A DNA stretch of 18,135 nt from UHGV virus genome UHGV-0175528, one strand, 5' to 3'. Numbering within the stretch: the first letter of the stretch is position 1; each line of letters starts with the position of its first letter. Under the pieces are notes generated by a model that was not told the origin of the DNA, did not search any database, and saw only the letters and a program-made list of their open reading frames with translations. Of the stretch, positions 1-7,522 are shown piece by piece. Both the position numbers and the translations under genes were made by a program. Source of the DNA: a virus.

Positions 1-36
1 AAAAACAATATTATCAGCGGCTCGGAAGTGTCTAGA

Positions 37-972
37 TTATCTGTGGCGATTCAGAAAGATAAATTCTCGATTTCCACTTAACGGCTTCATCATCTCTAGT
101 ATCGCAATTGCTTCATCTGACAATGGAACAGTATGGTCGCGGTTCATTTTCATGCGTGCTGCAGGAATCTTCCACTCTCGCGCTTCTATGTCTACCTCTT
201 CCCAGAGAGCTTCAGCCGCTTCGGCAGGGCGGGTAATAGTAAGAAGTTGCCACATGAACAGGCAGCGTGTGGAAAGGCTAATGCTGGCTGTTCGCATCGT
301 CTGCATTAACTGAGGTAGCTGATCCGGTCGAATGCTGGGCATGTTCTTTTTCTGAGGCTTCTCGAAGGCTTTACCGATATTAACGCTGGGAACAGCATCA
401 ATCAGCCCTGTGTTCTGGGCATAGATCATGACCTCATTAATACGTTGGCACAGGCGACGAACAGTTTCCAGTGCTCCTCTGGCCTGAACCGGTTGTACGG
501 CCTGAACCAGTGTATGAGCTTTAATATCTGTAACGCTAACGTCGCCAATCGCAGGAAAGACGTCTCTTTCAAGAGAGCGCCAGATATCTTCCGCATAGTC
601 CTCTGTCACACTGGCTTTCTTCACATTCCACCAACGTTCAGCTACGAGTTGGAAAGTGTTGGTTTTGGCTTCCAGCGAACTGCGCAATTGTTCTTGCTGA
701 TGTTCCTGCGGATCGATCTGTTTAGCCAGTAGTGAGCGGGACTCTGCACGGTAGTTTCTGGCATCGGCAAGGGTAACTGACGGGTAGGAGCCTATGCTCT
801 TCTTTGCTCGTTTCTTGGTGACAGGGCGAATGTAGCGAAACTGCCAGATTTTACTCCCGCTGGATTTAATGAGTAGCTCAAGGCCATCGCCATCATAGAG
901 AACGTAGTCCGCCTCCTTGGGTTTGGCTGATTCTATTTCTTTAACGGATAGAGGTTTGGTTTGTCTTGCCAT
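37..972 (-). CDS. intA: P4-type (CP4-57 IntA-like) tyrosine integrase, N-terminal 311 aa only; ends after ...REFIFLNRHR, so the C-terminal catalytic region (HxxR and Tyr) is missing; probable pseudogene or remnant
   Basis: N-terminus MARQTKPLSVKEIESAKPKEADYVLYDGDGLELLIKSSGSKIWQFRY is typical of P4-family integrases. The conserved WxEVDxxxxEWxIPAxRMKxxRxHxVPLS block is present, but the ORF stops about 100 aa short at 37-39 (TAA). ATG at 970-972. Confidence 0.7.
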   Translation of the reverse strand: MARQTKPLSVKEIESAKPKEADYVLYDGDGLELLIKSSGSKIWQFRYIRPVTKKRAKKSIGSYPSVTLADARNYRAESRSLLAKQIDPQEHQQEQLRSSLEAKTNTFQLVAERWWNVKKASVTEDYAEDIWRSLERDVFPAIGDVSVTDIKAHTLVQAVQPVQARGALETVRRLCQRINEVMIYAQNTGLIDAVPSVNIGKAFEKPQKKNMPSIRPDQLPQLMQTMRTASISLSTRCLFMWQLLTITRPAEAAEALWEEVDIEAREWKIPAARMKMNRDHTVPLSDEAIAILEMMKPLSGNREFIFLNRHR

Positions 973-990
973 TGCCGGGTTTCCATAGTT

Positions 991-1044
991 TTAGGCACCT
1001 CAAAAAACAATAAAGCTTTATGAGGTGCCTAACAAGGTGCCTAA
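991..1044. repeat. Inverted plus direct repeats of AGGTGCCTAA upstream of the truncated integrase start; possible regulator or arm-type binding sites
   Basis: TTAGGCACCTCA (991-1002) is the exact reverse complement of TGAGGTGCCTAA (1021-1032); AGGTGCCTAA recurs directly at 1035-1044. Confidence 0.5.
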
Positions 1045-1098
1045 AAGGATCGGATTTAATTAGTTTTCTTCGGACTTCGCGGGACAAATTGAGGGCAC

Positions 1099-1130
1099 AA
1101 AAAAGCCCGCAGGGCTTGCGCCGTGCGGGC
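1099..1130 (-). terminator. Intrinsic terminator on the minus strand just downstream of the tmRNA 3'-end copy
   Basis: Minus strand reads GCCCGCA-12 nt loop-TGCGGGC followed by TTTTTT (plus-strand A-run 1099-1104, stem arms 1105-1111 and 1124-1130). Confidence 0.55.
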
Positions 1131-1177
1131 TCTTAGGACTTCATCGGATGACTCTGGTAATCACCGATGGAGAATTT

Positions 1178-1204
1178 TGGTGGAGCTGGCGGGAGTTGAA
1201 CCCG
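1178..1204 (-). other. Attachment-site core: 27-nt copy of a tmRNA (ssrA) 3' end (T-arm plus acceptor stem plus CCA), not a full gene
   Basis: Minus strand reads CGGGTTCAACTCCCGCCAGCTCCACCA, which matches my recollection of the E. coli ssrA 3' terminus; the flanking sequence on the 5' side is unrelated AT-rich DNA, so only the core is present. Confidence 0.55.
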
Positions 1205-1366
1205 TGATCGGGATTTACATAATGTGTTGAATATGAACGATTTATTTTTTCATGCAAGACATTATGTGCATTTTACGTACATATCGTTGTCCCAGTAACG
1301 TCCTGATTCTGTCCAATATTTTGAAACATGTGTAGAATGTGGATTTTCGATTTTTGTAGAGAATTT

Positions 1367-2281
1367 CGGATGAAGGTTCTTGTTCCACCTCCTGAAATTT
1401 GTATTTATTCTGATAAGTACCGACTAGACACATTGAAATTTCTTAACGACATTGACACGATGGGGGTGACGGATGGTTGTAAGCTTGAGATTGATTTATC
1501 TAACGTTCGTTTTGCTTCAGCTGCGGCATCGCTACTATTTTTCGCAATAGTTAATCGGGCAAATCTGCTTACAGGTGATCCTAACTTGATACGTTTCAAA
1601 TGGCCGAAAAAAAACGACAATCCAAATGGGCATAAGTGGTTAGTTAGCACCGGGCTCTCTAAAGCTCTCCTGGCTGGAACCCCAGAGAAATTAGAAAATC
1701 TTATTAAAGATGGGCGTTTTTTTCAGTCTGCTACCGAACCATTTTCGCATTTATTGGACACAGTTAGTGTATTACAGTCGAAGGCAGCGTTAAATCAGCA
1801 TCAGTTAAATCTGCTCATGACAGCTGTTGGTGAGGCACTTTTGAATGTTTCGCATCATGCATACGAACATGAGATGTTTTCACAAGATTTAATTCTGCTC
1901 CAGGGGAAGCGTTGGTGGCAGTGTGCGTGGTTTGATCCTGCGCAAAATGAGGTTGTTTTTATCGTTTGTGATCTGGGGTTGGGGATTTTTCGATCGTTTA
2001 GTCCCGAGGCTGATGGTGTTAGTATAGAAAAACAAGTATCTTCAGTAGCAAGAGCTATGCTTGTTGGGCAGAGCCGTTTTGTAGGGGACGGGCGAGGGAA
2101 TGGCTCGGAAGACATAAAGAGGCCTATCGGTGTTGGGTGTGAGGATAAAGAAACACTCTTAATTCTGACCGGCAATGTACGATATAGCTATAATTCTTTC
2201 GACGAAGAACCTCGCTGTGAGAAACTTGCAGAGTATATTCCAGGTACATTGCTTCAGTGGTCCCTTACTCCAAGGAGATGA
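1367..2281 (+). CDS. GHKL-family ATPase / putative serine-protein kinase (SpoIIAB/RsbW anti-sigma-factor-like fold) with an N-terminal STAS-like segment
   Basis: N-box GEALLNVSHHAY, G1 box VCDLGLGIF, G2 box GDGRGNG and G3-like PGTLLQW sit in the C-terminal half in the order seen in SpoIIAB. N-terminal KLEIDLSNVRFASAAASLLF resembles the downstream STAS-like protein. Start is uncertain (ATG at 1328, 1337 or 1367), with no strong SD. Confidence 0.6.
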   Translation, partial: RMKVLVPPPEICIYSDKYRLDTLKFLNDIDTMGVTDGCKLEIDLSNVRFASAAASLLFFAIVNRANLLTGDPNLIRFKWPKKNDNPNGHKWLVSTGLSKALLAGTPEKLENLIKDGRFFQSATEPFSHLLDTVSVLQSKAALNQHQLNLLMTAVGEALLNVSHHAYEHEMFSQDLILLQGKRWWQCAWFDPAQNEVVFIVCDLGLGIFRSFSPEADGVSIEKQVSSVARAMLVGQSRFVGDGRGNGSEDIKRPIGVGCEDKETLLILTGNVRYSYNSFDEEPRCEKLAEYIPGTLLQWSLTPRR

Positions 2282-2285
2282 AAAC

Positions 2286-2609
2286 ATGGTTATAGTCATA
2301 GCTAAGCAATTTTCTAAAACGCCGTTTGGTCGATACACGTCGGACGGTCCTGACAGTGCTGAAAGATTCAGAAGAGATTTTTTGGTTCCAGCCTTTAAAT
2401 CGAGTGGCGAAAAAATTGTTGTGGATTTCAGGGGGATTGCTTTAGGTGTGGGGTCTTCTTTCTTGGAGGAAGCCTTCGGTGGGTTAGTGCGTAAAGAGGG
2501 GATTGCCAAATCTGAAGTTAAAACACGCTTAGAAATCGAAAGTGATATGCCATTTTATCAAGAACAGATATCTAAGTTTGTTGATCAAGCAAAACCTGAG
2601 TTGGCATAA
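2286..2609 (+). CDS. Small STAS-like protein (DUF4325-like; anti-sigma-antagonist-like), 107 aa
   Basis: AAGGAG SD 8 nt upstream of ATG 2286, 4 nt after the upstream stop. Motif KIVVDFRGIALGVGSSFLEEAFGGL resembles the STAS DxSG phospho-acceptor region. Confidence 0.6.
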   Translation: MVIVIAKQFSKTPFGRYTSDGPDSAERFRRDFLVPAFKSSGEKIVVDFRGIALGVGSSFLEEAFGGLVRKEGIAKSEVKTRLEIESDMPFYQEQISKFVDQAKPELA

Positions 2610-2622
2610 GGATTTTTGAAGA

Positions 2623-3192
2623 ATGGCGCAATATGCATGGATGTTTAGTGTCACAAGCATTGCTTTAGTGTTTGTCGGATGGTGGGTAACGTATTGTAAC
2701 GCTATGCGAATAGCTACACGTTCAGAGTCAAAGTCTATAGTTGATTCATTGACGAAACTTGTGAGTGAGCTTGCTGATATTTCGATAGATTATTGGCTTA
2801 AAAAAGTATCTCACATAACACCTCCTCCTGAATCATTACAGGGTTCAGTTGTTCCTGTTGAGGCTGCTGAGTATCTCACTGTGCTTTTGGCGAAGGCAAG
2901 CCAGGCAGGGCATTATTTTAAGTTACTGAATATTCGAGGTATTGAAGCTGATGCAAGTAAGCTATCTGCAGTGTTAGAAAAAACAAGCCTTGACTGTGAG
3001 ATCGCTTATTGTCAATCAGCTTCAGAACGCTGTGTGAGGGCTAATGAAATTATGTCTGTTTGCATGGAGGTGATAGAAGATATTCACTCTAATTTTCAAG
3101 CAGCATACCCTCCATCAAAACATATTTCACCTATTGCATGGTATAAAAGTAAAGTCAAAGAAATTGAAGAATGGCACGCTAGTATGTATTAG
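2623..3192 (+). CDS. Hypothetical membrane-anchored protein (one N-terminal TM helix, about 150-aa soluble domain), 189 aa
   Basis: ORF follows the STAS-like gene by 13 nt. N-terminal AWMFSVTSIALVFVGWWVTYC is hydrophobic. AT-rich like its two neighbours; no recognisable catalytic motif. Confidence 0.5.
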   Translation: MAQYAWMFSVTSIALVFVGWWVTYCNAMRIATRSESKSIVDSLTKLVSELADISIDYWLKKVSHITPPPESLQGSVVPVEAAEYLTVLLAKASQAGHYFKLLNIRGIEADASKLSAVLEKTSLDCEIAYCQSASERCVRANEIMSVCMEVIEDIHSNFQAAYPPSKHISPIAWYKSKVKEIEEWHASMY

Positions 3193-4360
3193 AGTTGTAT
3201 GTCTTTACTGATTTCCCATCGTATTCAGCCAAATACGAACCGTAATGTCGAAAAAGCATTTCCGGTCCTTTATGCCCCATCTGACCAGCAAGCCAGAACA
3301 GGTTAACGCCCTGGCTAATGTGCCGAGTGGCGAACGTGTGGCGTGTCTGGTACGGATTGCGATAGCGTACACCAGCTTTTTTAAGGGTTGGCACCCAGGC
3401 TTTTTTTCGGATCGCGTCCGCATTTGCCCAAGGGGCGCGAGTTTTTGGATCGCTGAATATAAAGTCGCTTTTTAGCGCCGTGTAGGGCTTTTGTGCCTGA
3501 AGAGCCGCCAGCGCTTCGCTGTTCAGTTGCACTTTGCGGGTGCCGGCTTTTGTTTTGGTGCTTTTGATTACCCCGACTACGCTTGCAATCTGAACATGCG
3601 CGGTGTTGCCGATAAAGTCTATATCCGTCCAGCGCAACGCGCACAATTCTGAGCTGCGCAGTCCGGTATTAAAGGCAAAGCGAAACAGATTTCGCCATTC
3701 CGGGTAATGACAGGCGCCATAGATTGCTGCCGTCTCCGCTGGTGTAAAAGGATCGACCTCGTAATCATCACTGCCTGGTGTGTTGTCCAATACGTGATAC
3801 CGGCTGGCGCTGACTAGCGTGACAGGATTTATTGTTAACAAACCATCGGTCACCGCCTCATCTATGGCGCTGCGCAGGAATGAAAGATTATTGCGGATAG
3901 TTTTCAGTTTTGTTTTTCTGCTGGCGATCCAGTTTTTTAGTACTGCAGGTGTCAGTTCTGATACATGAAATTTATGCAATGCTGACAGCGCCGACAGGCA
4001 TTTTTCATAACCTCTAATTGTCGATGGTGACAGGTTACGGTTCTGGCAGATATTCAGGTATTCATCCAGGTAAGATTTTATATTTTTGTTTTTTTTCACT
4101 CCCCCGAATAGCTCCAGCTTTTGGGAGTTGGGGAAGTATTTTGCATACTCGAAGGTACCACTGATAATCTGATTTTTTATTTCTCCCAGCAGGCGCTCGG
4201 CATACTTCACACTGCGCGCGTTTACTTCCATTCTGGAGAGGGGCTCCCGACACAGAACCCCTTTATATGTAAAAGTGATAACCAGGGTGCTACCAGTTTT
4301 ATGCTGGCGAATAGTTACTCCTCTAGGGAGAGATAATGATCCTTGTTCTTTCTTGCCCAT
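3179..4360 (-). CDS. int: Tyrosine recombinase / phage integrase (lambdoid prophage Int), full length
   Basis: C-terminal catalytic region has RHTFATRH (HxxR region) and LFRHYGSY (Tyr). GGAGG SD 7 nt upstream of ATG 4358-4360; the track start at 4387 is a TTG. Confidence 0.9.
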   Translation of the reverse strand: MGKKEQGSLSLPRGVTIRQHKTGSTLVITFTYKGVLCREPLSRMEVNARSVKYAERLLGEIKNQIISGTFEYAKYFPNSQKLELFGGVKKNKNIKSYLDEYLNICQNRNLSPSTIRGYEKCLSALSALHKFHVSELTPAVLKNWIASRKTKLKTIRNNLSFLRSAIDEAVTDGLLTINPVTLVSASRYHVLDNTPGSDDYEVDPFTPAETAAIYGACHYPEWRNLFRFAFNTGLRSSELCALRWTDIDFIGNTAHVQIASVVGVIKSTKTKAGTRKVQLNSEALAALQAQKPYTALKSDFIFSDPKTRAPWANADAIRKKAWVPTLKKAGVRYRNPYQTRHTFATRHISQGVNLFWLAGQMGHKGPEMLFRHYGSYLAEYDGKSVKTYNSNTY

Positions 4361-4524
4361 TTTGTAACCTCCATTAAGTCGACCCAACGTTCTTTAACTC
4401 CGTCGACTTTTAATACATGTACCCCTTCTTTCCATATTCCTCTTTGTATCCGTTTGTTAACGGCATCAACCGTTTCTCCTGCGTTGCGGCAGTAGGTTGA
4501 TATAGGTACGCAATCCAGCCCCAC
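4315..4524 (-). CDS. xis: Putative excisionase (Xis-like small DNA-binding protein), overlapping the int 5' end
   Basis: 69-aa basic protein directly upstream of int, overlapping it by 46 nt as in lambda xis/int. Loose resemblance to excisionases (ISTYCRNAGETVDAVNKRIQRG). GTG start with a close SD. Confidence 0.5.
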   Translation of the reverse strand: MGLDCVPISTYCRNAGETVDAVNKRIQRGIWKEGVHVLKVDGVKERWVDLMEVTKWARKNKDHYLSLEE

Positions 4525-4532
4525 AGTTCACC

Positions 4533-4679
4533 TCATACAACACTCAGCCCACGGCAGTGGCACCACACTTCAAACATTCGCCTCACAACTTCACGACAGT
4601 AGAAGCCGTCAACGTCTCGCGTCAGGTCATAGCGATTGCCGTAACGCTGGCGTACCCATAGCTCAAATGCTTTATTCAT
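4533..4679 (-). CDS. Hypothetical small protein (48 aa), below the ORF-track length cutoff
   Basis: ATG 4677-4679 preceded by AGGAAA; MNKAFELWVRQRYGNRYDLTRDVDGFYCREVVRRMFEVWCHCRGLSVV. Fits the gap between the upstream gene and xis. Confidence 0.3.
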   Translation of the reverse strand: MNKAFELWVRQRYGNRYDLTRDVDGFYCREVVRRMFEVWCHCRGLSVV

Positions 4680-4682
4680 TCT

Positions 4683-4925
4683 CTATTTCCTTTTCATGGC
4701 TCGTAATTTTTTCAGATGAGCTTCCTGCTCTGTTTCTGCCAGAATTTGTCGGTATTCCTGGTGATCTATCCGTTCAAACGATTCATTAAAATCGCTTATT
4801 TTTACAGATTGTGTTCGCCCATCCATTCTTCTGTACAACACAGTGTTGTTTATGCAGCGAATAATTTTTATCGGGTAACCGGCACTGTCGGTATACAGTT
4901 GCCCTTGATTAATCAAAGCGAACAT
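4683..4925 (-). CDS. Hypothetical prophage protein (80 aa)
   Basis: Internal ATG at 4923-4925 has an AGGAG SD 5 nt upstream; the longer track ORF (to 5048) would overlap the upstream gene by 90 nt. Confidence 0.5.
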   Translation of the reverse strand: MFALINQGQLYTDSAGYPIKIIRCINNTVLYRRMDGRTQSVKISDFNESFERIDHQEYRQILAETEQEAHLKKLRAMKRK

Positions 4926-4956
4926 TTTTTCTCCTGCTCTCTGAATAGTGAGAACT

Positions 4957-5328
4957 TCAGAGCCGTATGTTTGTAGCGGGTTCAATACTGATAATTTCTG
5001 CTGAGATAAGCATCCCGGCAAGCCAGAGTTCTCTGGACAGGTCTTCATCCTGGCATATCAGTTCGCCAATATTAATGGTGGCCATGATATCTGTTTCCCC
5101 TGTGCGCTCATCCTCGACTTCTTCATAAGGCAGCGTTGCGTACAGGCTTTCAATAGCGCAACTGATAACATCCAGTCCGGTCAGATTGCCGCCGACAGTA
5201 ACTTCGAATGTTTCGCGGTATTCCCATAGTCCGAAAGTTAATCGAACGGTTTGTTTTGCCATGCGTCCGCATGACGTCAGATTCGGGTCATAGTTCATTA
5301 TTTGCGGTTGAGTATTCTGGGTGTTCAT
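4957..5328 (-). CDS. Hypothetical prophage protein (about 123 aa)
   Basis: ORF in the leftward operon; start chosen at the MNTQ ATG (5326-5328), which has a GGAA-type SD; acidic C-terminal half. Confidence 0.5.
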   Translation of the reverse strand: MNTQNTQPQIMNYDPNLTSCGRMAKQTVRLTFGLWEYRETFEVTVGGNLTGLDVISCAIESLYATLPYEEVEDERTGETDIMATINIGELICQDEDLSRELWLAGMLISAEIISIEPATNIRL

Positions 5329-5368
5329 CTGCATTTCCCTTAGCCCGGCGGCCTGCCGGGCATATAAG

Positions 5369-6196
5369 TTATTTAACCTGGATAAATGGTGTATTTGCAC
5401 CGCTGGTCATGTATTGCGGCAGTGTGCCGTTCCATTTATTGATGGCTTCCAACTCCATAACACCGGGGTTCTGGCGCAGAGCTTCACCGCGTAAACGAAT
5501 AGCATCGGCTTCGGCCTGGGCTTTTGTGCGAATCGCATCAGCCTGTCCGGCAGCTTCCGCGCGCAACATGTTGGCTTCCGCTTCGCACTGTTTAACTTCC
5601 TGCTCGCGCTGCAGTGTTTTCTGGTTCGCCGTGACTTTGGCATTAATGCTGTCGATAACGGTTGACGGGTACTCCGGCTTACCCACATATGAGAGGCTCA
5701 TTACCTGAATACCGATGGGTGTCATTTCCTCCTGGATGTCTTTAAGAGCTGCATCCAGTAGTTCAGACTTCCCGCCGTCGATAAATTTGTCGGTGGTCAT
5801 TTTGCTGGCCAGTCTATTGAGTGCGTCGGCGATCTTTTGACGTAGGTCGGTGTCGGTAATGTCATCCACGCCTTTGCGGTAGGTCTGAAACACCGTGGTA
5901 ACTTTGGATGGGTCAACTTTGTAGGCCACGCCGATGTGATAGCCGATGGTTGTACCGTCACTCATCTGGAAACTGAACGGTTCATCGTAGGTCTTCATTT
6001 GTTTGAAGGTCGGGAAGATGTAAACTTCAGTATTCCAGCCGGTCCAGTAGCGGCCAACGCCAACCACTTCACCGACGCCTTTGTCGTCGCCCAGTTTATT
6101 TACCTTGATGCCAACATTACCTGGTTCAACGCGATCGCAACCGACAAGGCCAATGGTCGGAAGAACAATGGCTAAAGCAAAAATAACTTTTTTCAT
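5369..6196 (-). CDS. SPFH/band-7 (prohibitin/HflKC-like) domain lipoprotein
   Basis: N-terminus MKKVIFALAIVLPTIGLVGC has a lipobox (LVGC). Central SPFH-like region and an Ala/Glu-rich coiled-coil C-terminus (AEAAGQADAIRTKAQAEADAIRLRGEALRQNP). Confidence 0.85.
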   Translation of the reverse strand: MKKVIFALAIVLPTIGLVGCDRVEPGNVGIKVNKLGDDKGVGEVVGVGRYWTGWNTEVYIFPTFKQMKTYDEPFSFQMSDGTTIGYHIGVAYKVDPSKVTTVFQTYRKGVDDITDTDLRQKIADALNRLASKMTTDKFIDGGKSELLDAALKDIQEEMTPIGIQVMSLSYVGKPEYPSTVIDSINAKVTANQKTLQREQEVKQCEAEANMLRAEAAGQADAIRTKAQAEADAIRLRGEALRQNPGVMELEAINKWNGTLPQYMTSGANTPFIQVK

Positions 6197-6381
6197 CTTT
6201 TACCCTTAGTGAAAGAAAGACCCTTGTAAATGGCATAAATGCAGGGCGGGGTCAGAAACGCCAGTGCAAAGCCGGAAATGACTGCTACCGTATCCTTCAT
6301 GGATATAAGGAACGGGACGAGTAGTCCGTAAATGCATGCGATAATTGCCAGTAAAATTACTATTCTGAAATACAATCTCAT
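6193..6381 (-). CDS. Small membrane protein (62 aa, two predicted TM helices) translationally coupled to the SPFH gene
   Basis: Its stop overlaps the SPFH start (ATGA-type overlap at 6193-6196). MRLYFRIVILLAIIACIYGLLVPFLISMKDTVAVISGFALAFLTPPCIYAIY is hydrophobic. Confidence 0.55.
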   Translation of the reverse strand: MRLYFRIVILLAIIACIYGLLVPFLISMKDTVAVISGFALAFLTPPCIYAIYKGLSFTKGKR

Positions 6382-6404
6382 TGGTTTGTTGCATCCCGAT
6401 ATTT

Positions 6405-6512
6405 TTAACTGACTGACAGCGCAATAAAGAGAATAATGATTTCTGTTAGTGTCAGTACTGTGGCAAGGATTAAAAGCAGTTTTACTCTGCTTAATTCACG
6501 ATTGCTTTTCAT
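6405..6512 (-). CDS. Candidate tiny hydrophobic peptide (35 aa), not in the ORF track
   Basis: ATG 6510-6512; MKSNRELSRVKLLLILATVLTLTEIIILFIALSVS has one TM-like helix; sits immediately upstream of the small membrane/SPFH pair. Confidence 0.3.
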   Translation of the reverse strand: MKSNRELSRVKLLLILATVLTLTEIIILFIALSVS

Positions 6513-6557
6513 ATAAACGGTTAGTAAAAAACGGAAGAATTATATTCTTCTTAATAT

Positions 6558-7139
6558 TTAATGTGTCACTGGCGCTTCTGGCATACCATGAGTATTCAGA
6601 TCGTGAATCATTTCATCCAGAAGGAGTTCAAGCCCTTCGCGCCCCATAGCAGAGACAATGAAACCATTATTAGGATCTGCGATGAGCATTTTTTGATAGA
6701 GAAACAGAACTCGCCCCATGCCTTCAGCTTCACCATATTTTTCAATAAATCCCCATTCGACATGGTTTTGCAGGGCAATGCGAAGTGGTCCTGGGTATAT
6801 ACTCATGCAACCATGCTTCCCCTTATAAATAACTGCGCGATCTGTAGTTCCGTTATCGTTAGGGATATCAATGGTGCCGTTCTTGTCTTCCACTTCACTG
6901 ATAAATTTCGCTACATATAGCCAGCGCCACTGGGCAACCTTCATATCGACTGAAAATTTGCCCAGCAGTCCGGCATCATCAGCTTCTGCAATACATTGCA
7001 TGATTCTTAACCCATGCCAGTATGGATTATCGTATTCACCATCATTAAGCCGCTGTACGGCCTCAACATAATCAATGGTTGTATTGCCAATTTTTATGCC
7101 ATGTGGCGTAACTTCTGGTCGGAACTCTGAATGATTCAT
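6558..7139 (-). CDS. Hypothetical protein (193 aa), no recognised domain
   Basis: Start taken at the MNHSEFRP ATG (7137-7139), which overlaps the upstream gene's stop (ATGA-type coupling). Confidence 0.55.
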   Translation of the reverse strand: MNHSEFRPEVTPHGIKIGNTTIDYVEAVQRLNDGEYDNPYWHGLRIMQCIAEADDAGLLGKFSVDMKVAQWRWLYVAKFISEVEDKNGTIDIPNDNGTTDRAVIYKGKHGCMSIYPGPLRIALQNHVEWGFIEKYGEAEGMGRVLFLYQKMLIADPNNGFIVSAMGREGLELLLDEMIHDLNTHGMPEAPVTH

Positions 7140-7324
7140 AATGTTTGCTCCTTTGCTGGTGGAATAATCGTGTAGCCAGCTCTTTTTGCCATCCACAGAA
7201 ATGTATCCATGCAGCCAACGAATTCATTATCCAACAGATGTTTTGAGTAAATTACTTCACCATTTTCAATGGTTAGCAACACTCTTACTTTTTTATGTGT
7301 TATGTTCTGTTGTTTTTCTTTCAT
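7136..7324 (-). CDS. Hypothetical small protein (62 aa), coupled to the downstream 193-aa gene
   Basis: GGGAGA SD 7 nt upstream of ATG 7322-7324; stop overlaps the next start. Confidence 0.5.
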   Translation of the reverse strand: MKEKQQNITHKKVRVLLTIENGEVIYSKHLLDNEFVGCMDTFLWMAKRAGYTIIPPAKEQTL

Positions 7325-7522
7325 TTATTTATCTCCCATATGCTTTGCGCAAATACAGGTTGGCTATATGAAGATAAGAATCTCCATGTTGTGCAATGAG
7401 GCAGGCAGTTTTATACGATGCCTTATTTTTCAGGAAAGTCATAACTGAGTTCCCTCTATGAATAAAGGTTGTAACAATCCCCGGCGATAAAACCGTAATA
7501 AACGTTCAGAGCATGTTTGTTG

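Noticed and set aside
445-732. 95-aa + strand ORF inside the truncated P4-type integrase
   Set aside because: Antisense to a motif-supported integrase reading frame; no SD.
1178-1204. Functional tmRNA or tRNA gene
   Set aside because: Only the terminal 27 nt (T-arm, acceptor, CCA) are present; the adjoining sequence is unrelated AT-rich DNA, so this is an att-core duplicate.
1242-1650. Minus-strand ORFs (63 and 81 aa) at the 5' end of the cargo cassette
   Set aside because: AT-rich frame artefacts overlapping the promoter and 5' region of the GHKL gene; no SD and implausible composition.
3205-4336. Five short ORFs (62-87 aa) on both strands inside the integrase gene
   Set aside because: All are nested within the long, motif-supported integrase ORF and have no initiation signals; frame artefacts.
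5343-5361. Hairpin GCCCGGC-GGCCT-GCCGGGC as a terminator after the SPFH gene
   Set aside because: Perfect 7-bp GC stem, but no U-run follows on the minus strand, and it abuts the SD of the next gene; more likely an RNA processing or attenuation structure. Not called as a feature.
5208-5708. 166-aa + strand and 93-aa minus-strand ORFs overlapping the SPFH gene
   Set aside because: Alternative frames of a confidently identified SPFH lipoprotein gene; no start signals.
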